Part shown: piece by piece, positions 39,188 through 53,500 of the stretch
How the letters are laid out: each line of letters starts with the position of its first letter
How positions within the stretch are numbered: the first letter of the stretch is position 1
Assembly: GCA_964057225.1 (NCBI GenBank)
Contig: OZ059896.1
Coordinates: forward strand, 22,692,001-22,756,000
Source: Auanema rhodensis
Taxonomy: Eukaryota; Animalia; Nematoda
Length of the DNA: 64,000 nucleotides
Direction of reading: 5' to 3'
Notes under the pieces: model-generated
What the model saw: the letters and a program-made list of their open reading frames with translations, nothing else
What the model was told of the DNA's origin: nothing
The model's database searches: none
Translations under genes and position numbers: made by a program

Positions 39188-42100
39188 TAAAAACAAATTT
39201 TTATTAATATTGGTTCATGGTAACCATGACTTTGAAATTTACGTGAACTTTAATTTATGCTAATTAAATGTACACGTGATGTGCACTTGGTATGTAACTC
39301 GCTTCACGTGAAAGATAAAGAGATGCGGTTTTCAAAATTAGATTCCCCATGTCCATATTAGTCTAAAAACAAATTTTTATTGATATTGGTTCATGGTAAC
39401 CATGACTTTGAAATTTACGTGAACTTTAATTTATGCTAATTAAATGTACACGTGATGTGCACTTGGTATGTAACTCGCTTCACGTGAAAGATAAAGAGAT
39501 GCGGTTTTCAAAATTAGATTCCCCATGTCCATATTAGTCTAAAAACAAATTTTTATTAATATTGGTTCATGGTAACCATGTCTTTGAAATTTACGTGAAC
39601 TTTAATTTATGCTAATTAAATGTACACGTGATGTGCACTTGGTATGTAACTCGCTTCACGTGAAAGATAAAGAGATGCGGTTTTCAAAATTAGATTCCCT
39701 ATGTCCATATTAGTCTAAAAACAAATTTTTATTAATATTGGTTCATGGTAACCATGACTTTGAAATTTACGTGAACTTTAATTTATGCTAATTAAATGTA
39801 CACGTGATGTGCACTTGGTATGTAACTCGCTTCACGTGAAAGATAAAGAGATGCGGTTTTCAAAATTAGATTCCCCATGTCCATATTAGTCTAAAAACAA
39901 ATTTTTATTGATATTGGTTCATGGTAACCATGACTTTGAAATTTACGTGAACTTTAATTTATGCTAATTAAATGTACACGTGATGTGCACTTGGTATGTA
40001 ACTCGCTTCACGTGTAAGATAAAGAGATGCGGTTTTCAAAATTAGATTCCCCATGTCCATATTAGTCTAAAAACAAATTGTTATTGATATTGGTTCATGG
40101 TAACCATGTCTTTGAAATTTTCGTGAACTTTAATTTATGCTAATTAAATGTACACGTGATGTGCACTTGGTATGTAACTCGCTTCATGTGAAAGATAAAG
40201 AGATGCGGTTTTCAAAATTAGATTCCCCATGTCCATATTAGTCTAAAAACAAATTTTTATTAATATTGGTTCATGGTAACCATGTCTTTGAAATTTACGT
40301 GAACTTTAATTTATGCTAATTAAATGTACACGTGATGTGCTCTTGGTATGTAACTCGCTTCACGTGAAAGATAAAGAGATGCGGTTTTCAAAATTAGATT
40401 CCCCATGTCCATATTAGTCTAAAAACAAATTTTTATTATTATTGGTTCATGGTAACCATGTCTTTGAAATTTACGTGAACTTTAATTTATGCTAATTAAA
40501 TGTACACGTGATGTGCACTTGGTATGTAACTCGCTTCACGTGAAAGAAAAAGAGATGCGGTTTTCAAAACTAGATTCCCCATGTCCATATTAGTCTAAAA
40601 ACAAATTTTTATTGATATTGGTTCATGGTAACCATGACTTTGAAATTTACGTGAACTTTAATTTATGCTAATTAAATGTACACGTGATGTGCACTTGGTA
40701 TGTAACTCGCTTCACGTGAAAGATAAAGAGATGCGGTTTTCAAAATTAGATTCCCCATTTCCATATTAGTCTAAAAACAAATTTTTATTAATATTGGTTC
40801 ATGGTAACCATGTCTTTGAAATTTACGTGAACTTTAATTTATGCTAATTAAATGTACACGTGATGTGCACTTGGTATGTAACTCGCTTCACGTGAAAGAA
40901 AAAGAGATGCGGTTTTCAAAATTAGATTCCCCATGTCCATATTAGTCTAAAAACAAATTTTTATTGATATTGGTTCATGGTAACCATGACTTTGAAATTT
41001 ACGTGAACTTTAATTTATGCTAATTAAATGTACACGTGATGTGCACTTGGTATGTAACTCGCTTCACGTGAAAGATAAAGAGATGCGGTTTTCAAAATTA
41101 GATTCCCCATTTCCATATTAGTCTAAAAACAAATTTTTATTAATATTGGTTCATGGTAACCATGTCTTTGAAATTTACGTGAACTTTAATTTATGCTAAT
41201 TAAATGTACACGTGATGTGCACTTGGTATGTAACTCGCTTCACGTGAAAGATAAAGAGATGCGGTTTTCAAAATTAGATTCCACATGTCCATATTAGTCT
41301 AAAAACAAATTTTTATTGATATTGGTTCATGGTAACCATGATTTTGAAATTTACGTGAACTTTAATTTATGCTAATTAAATGTACACGTGATGTGCACTT
41401 GGTATGTAACTCGCTTCACGTGAAAGAAAAAGAGATGCGGTTTTCAAAATTAGATTCCCCATGTCCATATTAGTCTAAAAACAAATTTTTATTGATATTG
41501 GTTCATGGTAACCATGACTTTGAAATTTACGTGAACTTTAATTTATGCTAATTAAATGTACACGTGATGTGCACTTGGTATGTAACTCGCTTCACGTGAA
41601 AGATAAAGAGATGCGGTTTTCAAAATTAGATTCCCCATTTCCATATTAGTCTAAAAACAAATTTTTATTAATATTGGTTCATGGTAACCATGTCTTTGAA
41701 ATTTACGTGAACTTTAATTTATGCTAATTAAATGTACACGTGATGTGCACTTGGTATGTAACTCGCTTCACGTGAAAGATAAAGAGATGCGGTTTTCAAA
41801 ATTAGATTCCACATGTCCATATTAGTCTAAAAACAAATTTTTATTGATATTGGTTCATGGTAACCATGATTTTGAAATTTACGTGAACTTTAATTTATGC
41901 TAATTAAATGTACACGTGATGTGCACTTGGTATGTAACTCGCTTCACGTGAAAGATAAAGAAATGCGGTTTTCAAAATTAGATTCCCCATGTCCATTTTA
42001 GTCTAAAAACAAATTTTTATTGATATTGGTTCATGGTAACCATGACTTTGAAATTTACGTGAACTTTAATTTATGCTAATTAAATGTACACGTGATGTGC

Positions 42101-43036
42101 ACTTGGTATGTAACTCGCTTCACGTGAAAGATAAAGAGATGCGGTTTTCAAAATTAGATTCCCCATGTCCATATTAGTCTAAAAACAAATTTTTATTAAT
42201 ATTGGTTCATGGTAACCATGTCTTTGAAATTTACGTGAACTTTAATTTATGCTAATTAAATGTACACGTGATGTGCTCTTGGTATGTAACTCGCTTCACG
42301 TGAAAGATAAAGAGATGCGGTTTTCAAAATTAGATTCCCCATGTCCATATTAGTCTAAAAACAAATTTTTATTGATATTGGTTCATGGTAACCATGACTT
42401 TGAAATTTACGTGAACTTTAATTTATGCTAATTAAATGTACACGTGATGTGCACTTGGTATGTAACTCGCTTCACGTGAAAGATAAAGAGATGCGGTTTT
42501 CAAAATTAGATTCCCCATGTCCATATTAGTCTAAAAACAAATTTTTATTAATATTGGTTCATGGTAACCATGTCTTTGAAATTTACGTGAACTTTAATTT
42601 ATGCTAATTAAATGTACACGTGATGTGCACTTGGTATGTAACTCGCTTCACGTGAAAGATAAAGAGATGCGGTTTTCAAAATTAGATTCCCCATGTCCAT
42701 ATTAGTCTAAAAACAAATTTTTATTAATATTGGTTCATGGTAACCATGTCTTTGAAATTTACGTGAACTTTAATTTATGCTAATTAAATGTACACGTGAT
42801 GTGCACTTGGTATGTAACTCGCTTCACGTGAAAGATAAAGAGATGCGGTTTTCAAAATTAGATTCCCCATGTCCATATTAGTCTAAAAACAAATTTTTAT
42901 TAATATTGGTTCATGGTAACCATGTCTTTGAAATTTACGTGAACTTTAATTTATGCTAATTAAATGTACACGTGATGTGCACTTGGTATGTAACTCGCTT
43001 CACGTGAAAGATAAAGAGATGCGGTTTTCAAAATTA

Positions 43037-46000
43037 AATTCCCCATGTCCATATTAGTCTAAAAACAAATTTTTATTGATATTGGTTCATGGTAACCATG
43101 ACTTTGAAATTTACGTGAACTTTAATTTATGCTAATTAAATGTACACGTGATGTGCACTTGGTATGTAACTCGCTTCACGTGAAAGATAAAGAGATGCGG
43201 TTTTCAAAATTAGATTCCCCATGTCCATATTAGTCTAAAAACAACTTTTTATTAATATTGGTTCATGGTAACCATGTCTTTGAAATTTACGTGAACTTTA
43301 ATTTATGCTAATTAAATGTACACGTGATGTGCACTTGGTATGTAACTCGCTTCACGTGAAAGATAAAGAGATGCGGTTTTCAAAATTAGATTCCCCATGT
43401 CCATATTAGTCTAAAAACAAATTTTTATTAATATTGGTTCATGGTAACCATGTCTTTGAAATTTACGTGAACTTTAATTTATGCTAATTAAATGTACACG
43501 TGATGTGCACTTGGTATGTAACTCGCTTCACGTGAAAGATAAAGAGATGCGGTTTTCAAAATTAGATTCCCCATGTCCATATTAGTCTAAAAACAAATTT
43601 TTATTAATATTGGTTCATGGTAACCATGTCTTTGAAATTTACGTGAACTTTAATTTATGCTAATTAAATGTACACGTGATGTGCACTTGGTATGTAACTC
43701 GCTTCACGTGAAAGATAAAGAGATGCGGTTTTCAAAATTAAATTCCCCATGTCCATATTAGTCTAAAAACAAATTTTTATTGATATTGGTTCATGGTAAC
43801 CATGACTTTGAAATTTACGTGAACTTTAATTTATGCTAATTAAATGTACACGTGATGTGCACTTGGTATGTAACTCGCTTCACGTGAAAGATAAAGAGAT
43901 GCGGTTTTCAAAATTAGATTCCCCATGTCCATATTAGTCTAAAAACAACTTTTTATTAATATTGGTTCATGGTAACCATGTCTTTGAAATTTACGTGAAC
44001 TTTAATTTATGCTAATTAAATGTACACGTGATGTGCACTTGGTATGTAACTCGCTTCACGTGAAAGATAAAGAGATGCGGTTTTCAAAATTAGATTCCCC
44101 ATGTCCATATTAGTCTAAAAACAAATTTTTATTAATATTGGTTCATGGTAACCATGTCTTTGAAATTTACGTGAACTTTAATTTATGCTAATTAAATGTA
44201 CACGTGATGTGCACTTGGTATGTAACTCGCTTTACGTGAAAGATAAAGAGATGCGGTTTTCAAAATTAAATTCCCCATGTCCATATTAGTCTAAAAACAA
44301 ATTTTTATTGATATTGGTTCATGGTAACCATGACTTTGAAATTTACGTGAACTTTAATTTATGCTAATTAAATGTACACGTGATGTGCACTTGGTATGTA
44401 ACTCGCTTCACGTGAAAGATAAAGAGATGCGGTTTTCAAAATTAGATTCCCCATGTCCATATTAGTCTAAAAACAAATTTTTATTGATATTGGTTCATGG
44501 TAACCATGACTTTGAAATTTACGTGAACTTTAATTTATGCTAATTAAATGTACACGTGATGTGCACTTGGTATGTAACTCGCTTCACGTGAAAGATAAAG
44601 AGATGCGGTTTTCAAAATTAGATTCCCCATGTCCATATTAGTCTAAAAACAAATTTTTATTGATATTGCTTCATGGTAACCATGACTTTGAAATTTACGT
44701 GAACTTTAATTTATGCTAATTAAATGTACACGTGATGTGCACTTGGTATGTAACTCGCTTCACGTGAAAGATAAAGAGATGCGGTTTTCAAAATTAAATT
44801 CCCCATGTCCATATTAGTCTAAAAACAAATTTTTATTGATATTGGTTCATGGTAACCATGACTTTGAAATTTACGTGAACTTTAATTTATGCTAATTAAA
44901 TGTACACGTGATGTGCACTTGGTATGTAACTCGCTTCACGTGAAAGATAAAGAGATGCGGTTTTCAAAATTAGATTCCCCATGTCCATATTAGTCTAAAA
45001 ACAAATTTTTATTAATATTGGTTCATGGTAACCATGTCTTTGAAATTTACGTGAACTTTAATTTATGCTAATTAAATGTACACGTGATGTGCACTTGGTA
45101 TGTAACTCGCTTCACGTGAAAGATAAAGAGATGCGGTTTTCAAAATTAGATTCCCCATGTCCATATTAGTCTAAAAACAAATTTTTATTAATATTGGTTC
45201 ATGGTAACCGTGTCTTTGAAATTTACGTGAACTTTAATTTATGCTAATTAAATGTACACGTGATGTGCACTTGGTATGTAACTCGCTTCACGTGAAAGAT
45301 AAAGAGATGCGGTTTTCAAAATTAAATTCCCCATGTCCATATTAGTCTAAAAACAAATTTTTATTGATATTGGTTCATGGTAACCATGACTTTGAAATTT
45401 ACGTGAACTTTAATTTATGCTAATTAAATGTACACGTGATGTGCACTTGGTATGTAACTCGCTTCACGTGAAAGATAAAGAGATGCGGTTTTCAAAATTA
45501 GATTCCCCATGTCCATATTAGTCTAAAAACAAATTTTTATTAATATTGGTTCATGGTAACCATGTCTTTGAAATTTACGTGAACTTTAATTTATGCTAAT
45601 TAAATGTACACGTGATGTGCACTTGGTATGTAACTCGCTTCACGTGAAAGATAAAGAGATGCGGTTTTCAAAATTAGATTCCCCATGTCCATATTAGTCT
45701 AAAAACAAATTTTTATTAATATTGGTTCATGGTAACCATGTCTTTGAAATTTACGTGAACTTTAATTTATGCTAATTAAATGTACACGTGATGTGCACTT
45801 GGTATGTAACTCGCTTCACGTGAAAGATAAAGAGATGCGGTTTTCAAAATTAAATTCCCCATGTCCATATTAGTCTAAAAACAAATTTTTATTGATATTG
45901 GTTCATGGTAACCATGACTTTGAAATTTACGTGAACTTTAATTTATGCTAATTAAATATACACGTGATGTGCACTTGGTATGTAACTCGCTTCACGTGAA

Positions 46001-47700
46001 AGATAAAGAGATGCGGTTTTCAAAATTAGATTCTTCATGTCCATATTAGTCTAAAAACAAATTTTTATTAATATTGGTTCATGGTAACCATGTCTTTGAA
46101 ATTTACGTGAACTTTAATTTATGCTAATTAAATGTACACGTGATGTGCACTTGGTATGTAACTCGCTTCACGTGAAAGATAAAGAGATGCGGTTTTCAAA
46201 ATTAGATTCCCCATGTCCATATTAGTCTAAAAACAAATTTTTATTAATATTGGTTCATGGTAACCATGTCTTTGAAATTTACGTGAACTTTAATTTATGC
46301 TAATTAAATGTACACGTGATGAGCACTTGGTATGTAACTCGCTTCACGTGAAAGATAAAGAGATGCGGTTTTCAAAATTAGATTCCCCATGTCTATATTA
46401 GTCTAAAAACAAATTTTTATTGATATTGGTTCATGGTAACCATGACTTTGAAATTTACGTGAACTTTAATTTATGCTAATTAAATGTACACGTGATGTGC
46501 ACTTGGTATGTAACTCGCTTCACGTGAAAGATAAAGAGATGCGGTTTTCAAAATTAGATTCCCCATGTCCATATTAGTCTAAAAACAAATTTTTATTGAT
46601 ATTGGTTCATGGTAACCATGACTTTGAAATTTACGTGAACTTTAATTTATGCTAATTAAATGTACACGTGATGTGCACTTGGTATGTAACTCGCTTCACG
46701 TGAAAGATAAAGAGATGCGGTTTTCAAAATTAGATTCCCCATGTCCATATTAGTCTAAAAACAAATTTTTATTAATATTGGTTCATGGTAACCATGTCTT
46801 TGAAATTTACGTGAACTTTAATTTATGCTAATTAAATGTACACGTGATGTGCACTTGGTATGTAACTCGCTTCACGTGAAAGATAAAGAGATGCGGTTTT
46901 CAAAATTAGATTCCCCATGTCCATATTAGTCTAAAAACAAATTTTTATTAATATTGGTTCATGGTAACCATGTCTTTGAAATTTACGTGAACTTTAATTT
47001 ATGCTAATTAAATGTACACGTGATGTGCACTTGGTATGTAACTCGCTTCACGTGAAAGATAAAGAGATGCGGTTTTCAAAATTAAATTCCCCATGTCCAT
47101 ATTAGTCTAAAAACAAATTTTTATTGATATTGGTTCATGGTAACCATGACTTTGAAATTTACGTGAACTTTAATTTATGCTAATTAAATATACACGTGAT
47201 GTGCACTTGGTATGTAACTCGCTTCACGTGAAAGATAAAGAGATGCGGTTTTCAAAATTAGATTCTTCATGTCCATATTAGTCTAAAAACAAATTTTTAT
47301 TAATATTGGTTCATGGTAACCATGTCTTTGAAATTTACGTGAACTTTAATTTATGCTAATTAAATGTACACGTGATGTGCACTTGGTATGTAACTCGCTT
47401 CACGTGAAAGATAAAGAGATGCGGTTTTCAAAATTAGATTCCCCATGTCCATATTAGTCTAAAAACAAATTTTTATTAATATTGGTTCATGGTAACCATG
47501 TCTTTGAAATTTACGTGAACTTTAATTTATGCTAATTAAATGTACACGTGATGAGCACTTGGTATGTAACTCGCTTCACGTGAAAGATAAAGAGATGCGG
47601 TTTTCAAAATTAGATTCCCCATGTCTATATTAGTCTAAAAACAAATTTTTATTGATATTGGTTCATGGTAACCATGACTTTGAAATTTACGTGAACTTTA
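43037..47700. repeat. 4-mer, 3-mer and 7-mer higher-order periodicity in array B
   Basis: The ATTAAATTCC allele occurs at 43037, 43741, 44269, 44797, 45325, 45853 and 47085 (spacings 704, 4x528, 1232). AAATATA at 45958/47190 and GAGCAC at 46322/47554 are 1232 bp (7x176) apart. Confidence 0.88.
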
Positions 47701-50344
47701 ATTTATGCTAATTAAATGTACACGTGATGTGCACTTGGTATGTAACTCGCTTCACGTGAAAGATAAAGAGATGCGGTTTTCAAAATTAGATTCCCCATGT
47801 CCATATTAGTCTAAAAACAAATTTTTATTAATATTGGTTCATGGTAACCATGACTTTGAAATTTACGTGAACTTTAATTTATGCTAATTAAATGTACACG
47901 TGATGTGCACTTGGTATGTAACTCGCTTCACGTGAAAGATAAAGAGATGCGGTTTTCAAAATTAGATTCCCCATGTCCATATTAGTCTAAAAACAAATTT
48001 TTATTAATATTGGTTCATGGTAACCATGTCTTTGAAATTTACGTGAACTTTAATTTATGCTAATTAAATGTACACGTGATGTGCACTTGGTATGTAACTC
48101 GCTTCACGTGAAAGATAAAGAGATGCGGTTTTCAAAATTAGATTCCCCATGTCCATATTAGTCTAAAAACAAATTTGTATTAATATTGGTTCATGGTAAC
48201 CATGTCTTTGAAATTTACGTGAACTTTAATTTATGCTAATTAAATGTACACGTGATGTGCACTTGGTATGTAACTCGCTTCACGTGAAAGATAAAGAGAT
48301 GCGGTTTTCAAAATTAGATTCCCCATGTCCATATTAGTCTAAAAACAAATTTTTATTAATATTGGTTCATGGTAACCATGTCTTTGAAATTTACGTGAAC
48401 TTTAATTTATGCTAATTAAATGTACACGTGATGTGCACTTGGTATGTAACTCGCTTCACGTGAAAGATAAAGAGATGCGGTTTTCAAAATTAGATTCCCC
48501 ATGTCCATATTAGTATAAAAACAAATTTTTATTAATATTGGTTCATGGTAACCATGTCTTTGAAATTTACGTGAACTTTAATTTATGCTAATTAAATGTA
48601 CACGTGATGTGCACTTGGTATGTAACTCGCTTCACGTGAAAGATAAAGAGATGCGGTTTTCAAAATTAGATTCCCCATGTCCATATTAGTCTAAAAACAA
48701 ATTTTTATTAATATTGGTTCATGGTAACCATGTCTTTGAAATTTACGTGAACTTTAATTTATGCTAATTAAATGTACACGTGATGTGCACTTGGTATGTA
48801 ACTCGCTTCACGTGAAAGATAAAGAGATGCGGTTTTCAAAATTAGATTCCCCATGTCCATATTAGTCTAAAAACAAATTTTTATTAATATTGGTTCATGG
48901 TAACCATGTCTTTGAAATTTACGTGAACTTTAATTTATGCTAATTAAATGTACACGTGATGTGCACTTGGTATGTAACTCGCTTCACGTGAAAGATAAAG
49001 AGATGCGGTTTTCAAAATTAGATTCCCCATGTCCATATTAGTCTAAAAACAAATTTTTATTGATATTGATTCATGGTAACCATGACTTTGAAATTTACGT
49101 GAACTTTAATTTATGCTAATTAAATGTACACGTGATGTGCACTTGGTATGTAACTCGCTTCACGTGAAAGATAAAGAGATGCGGTTTTCAAAATTAGATT
49201 CCCCATGTCCATATTAGTCTAAAAACAAATTTTTATTAATATTGGTTCATGGTAACCATGTCTTTGAAATTTACGTGAACTTTAATTTATGCTAATTAAA
49301 TGTACACGTGATGTGCACTTGGTATGTAACTCGCTTCATGTAAAAGATAAAGAGATGCGGTCTTCAAAATTAGATTCCCCATGTCCATATTAGTCTAAAA
49401 ACAAATTATTATTGATATTGGTTCATGGTAACCATGATTTTGAAATTTACGTGAACTTTAATTTATGCTAATTAAATGTACACGTGATGTGCACTTGGTA
49501 TGTAACTCGCTTCATGTAAAAGATAAAGAGATGCGGTCTTCAAAATTAGATTCCCCATGTCCATATTAGTCTAAAAACAAATTTTTATTGATATTGGTTC
49601 ATGGTAACCATGTCTTTGAAATTTACGTGAACTTTAATTTATGCTAATTAAATGTACACGTGATGTGCACTTGGTATGTAACTCGCTTCACGTGAAAGAT
49701 AAAGAGATGCGGTTTTCAAAATTAGATTCCCCATGTCCATATTAGTCTAAAAACAAATTTTTATTAATATTGGTTCATGGTAACCATGTCTTTGAAATTT
49801 ACGTGAACTTTAATTTATGCTAATTAAATGTACACGTGATGTGCACTTGGTATGTAACTCGCTTCACGTAAAAGATAAAGAGATGCGGTCTTCAAAATTA
49901 GATTCCCCATGTCCATATTAGTCTAAAAACAAATTTTTATTGATATTGGTTCATGGTAACCATGATTTTGAAATTTACGTGAACTTTAATTTATGCTAAT
50001 TAAATGTACACGTGATGTGCACTTGGTATGTAACTCGCTTCACGTGAAAGATAAAGAGATGCGGTTTTCAAAATTAGATTCCCCATGTCCATATTAGTCT
50101 AAAAACAAATTTTTATTAATATTGGTTCATGGTAACCATGTCTTTGAAATTTACGTGAACTTTAATTTATGCTAATTAAATGTACACGTGATGTGCACTT
50201 GGTATGTAACTCGCTTCACGTGAAAGATAAAGAGATGCGGTTTTCAAAATTAGATTCCCCATGTCCATATTAGTCTAAAAACAAATTTTTATTAATATTG
50301 GTTCATGGTAACCATGTCTTTGAAATTTACGTGAACTTTAATTT

Positions 50345-50501
50345 ATGCTAATTAAATGTACACGTGATGTGCACTTGGTATGTAACTCGCTTCACGTGAA
50401 AGATAAAGAGATGCGGTTTTCAAAATTAGATTCCCCATGTCATTTTTATTGATATTGGTTCATGGTAACCATGTTTTTGAAATTTACGTGAACTTTAATT
50501 T
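50345..50501. repeat. 157-bp monomer carrying a unique 19-bp deletion
   Basis: CATGTC|ATTTTTATT at 50441-50442 lacks CATATTAGTCTAAAAACAA; the next monomer starts 157 bp later. Confidence 0.95.
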
Positions 50502-53500
50502 ATGCTAATTAAATGTACACGTGATGTGCACTTGGTATGTAACTCGCTTCACGTGAAAGATAAAGAGATGCGGTTTTCAAAATTAGATTCCCCATGTCCA
50601 TATTAGTCTAAAAACAAATTTCTATTGATATTGGTTTATGGTAACCATGTCTTTGAAATTTACGTGAACTTTAATTTATGCTAATTAAATGTACACGTGA
50701 TGTGCACTTGGTATGTAACTCGCTTCACGTGAAAAATAAAAAGATGCGGTTTTCAAAATTAGATTCCCCATGTCCATATTAGTCTAAAAACAAATTTTTA
50801 TTAATATTGGTTCATGGTAACCATGTCTTTGAAATTTACGTGAACTTTAATTTATGCTAATTAAATGTACACGTGATGTGCACTTGGTATGTAACTCGCT
50901 TCACGTGAAAGATAAAAAGATGCAGTTTTCAAAATTAGATTCCCCATGTCCATATTAGTCTAAAAACAAATTTTTATTGATATTGGTTCATGGTAACCAT
51001 GTCTTTGAAATTTACGTGAACTTTAATTTATGCTAATTAAATCTACACGTGATGTGCACTTGGTATGTAACTCGCTTCACGTGAAAAATAAAGAGATGCG
51101 GTTTCCAAAATTAGATTCCCCATGTCCATATTAGTCTAAAAACAAATTTTTATTAATATTGGTTCATGGTAACCATGACTTTGAAATTTACGTGAACTTT
51201 AATTTATGCTAATTAAATGTACACGTGATGTGCTCTTGGTATGTAACTCGCTTCACGTGAAAGATAAAGAGATGCGGTTTTCAAAATTAGATTCCCCATG
51301 TCCATTTTAGTCTAAAAACAAATTTTTATTGATATTGGTTTATGGTAACCATATCTTTGAAATTTACGTGAACTTTAATTTATGCTAATTAAATGTACAC
51401 GTGATGTGCACTTGGTATGTAACTCGCTTCACGTGAAAAATAAAAAGATGCGGTTTTCAAAATTAGATTCCCCATGTCCATATTAGTCTAAAAACAAATT
51501 TTTATTAATATTGGTTCATGGTAACCATGTCTTTGAAATTTACGTGAACTTTAATTTATGCTAATTAAATGTACACGTGATGTGCACTTGGTATGTAACT
51601 CGCTTCACGTGAAAGATAAAAAGATGCAGTTTTCAAAATTAGATTCCCCATGTCCATATTAGTCTAAAAACAAATTTTTATTGATATTGGTTCATGGTAA
51701 CCATGTCTTTGAAATTTACGTGAACTTTAATTTATGCTAATTAAATCTACACGTGATGTGCACTTGGTATGTAACTCGCTTCACGTGAAAAATAAAGAGA
51801 TGCGGTTTCCAAAATTAGATTCCCCATGTCCATATTAGTCTAAAAACAAATTTTTATTAATATTGGTTCATGGTAACCATGACTTTGAAATTTACGTGAA
51901 CTTTAATTTATGCTAATTAAATGTACACGTGATGTGCACTTGGTATGTAACTCGCTTCACGTGAAAGATAAAGAGATGCGGTTTTCAAAATTAGATTCCC
52001 CATGTCCATATTAGTCTAAAAACAAATTTTTATTAATATTGGTTCATGGTAACCATGACTTTGAAATTTACGTGAACTTTAATTTATGCTAATTAAATCT
52101 ACACGTGATGTGCACTTGGTATGTAACTCGCTTCACGTGAAAAATAAAAAGATGCGGTTTTCAAAATTAGATTCCCCATGTCCATATTAGTCTAAAAACA
52201 AATTTTTATTAATATTGGTTCATGGTAACCATGTCTTTGAAATTTACGTGAACTTTAATTTATGCTAATTAAATGTACACGTGATGTGCACTTGGTATGT
52301 AACTCGCTTCACGTGAAAGATAAAGAGATGCGGTTTTCAAAATTAGATTCCCCATGTCCATATTAGTCTAAAAACAAATTTTTATTAATATTGGTTCATG
52401 GTAACCATGTCTTTGAAATTTACGTGAACTTTAATTTATGCTAATTAAATGTACACGTGATGTGCTCTTGGTATGTAACTCGCTTCACGTGAAAAATAAA
52501 AAGATGCGGTTTTCAAAATTAGATTCCCCATGTCCATATTAGTCTAAAAACAAATTTTTATTGATATTGGTTCATGGTAACCATGTCTTTGAAATTTACG
52601 TGAACTTTAATTTATGCTAATTAAATCTACACGTGATGTGCACTTGGTATGTAACTCGCTTCACGTGAAAAATAAAAAGATGCGGTTTTCAAAATTAGAT
52701 TCCCCATGTCCATATTAGTCTAAAAACAAATTTTTATTAATATTGGTTCATGGTAACCATGACTTTGAAATTTACGTGAACTTTAATTTATGCTAATTAA
52801 ATGTACACGTGATGTGCACTTGGTATGTAACTCGCTTCACGTGAAAGATAAAGAGATGCGGTTTTCAAAATTAGATTCCCCATGTCCATATTAGTCTAAA
52901 AACAAATTTTTATTGATATTGGTTCATGGTAACCATGACTTTGAAATTTACGTGAACTTTAATTTATGCTAATTAAATGTACACGTGATGTGCACTTGGT
53001 ATGTAACTCGCTTCACGTGAAAGATAAAGAGATGCGGTTTTCAAAATTAGATTCCCCATGTCCATATTAGTCTAAAAACAAATTTTTATTGATATTGGTT
53101 CATGGTAACCATGACTTTGAAATTTACGTGAACTTTAATTTATGCTAATTAAATGTACACGTGATGTGCACTTGGTATGTAACTCGCTTCACGTGAAAGA
53201 TAAAGAGATGCGGTTTTCAAAATTAGATTCCCCATGTCCATATTAGTCTAAAAACAAATTTTTATTAATATTGGTTCATGGTAACCATGTCTTTGAAATT
53301 TACGTGAACTTTAATTTATGCTAATTAAATGTACACGTGATGTGCTCTTGGTATGTAACTCGCTTCACGTGAAAGATAAAGAGATGCGGTTTTCAAAATT
53401 AGATTCCCCATGTCCATTTTAGTCTAAAAACAAATTTTTATTGATATTGGTTTATGGTAACCATATCTTTGAAATTTACGTGAACTTTAATTTATGCTAA

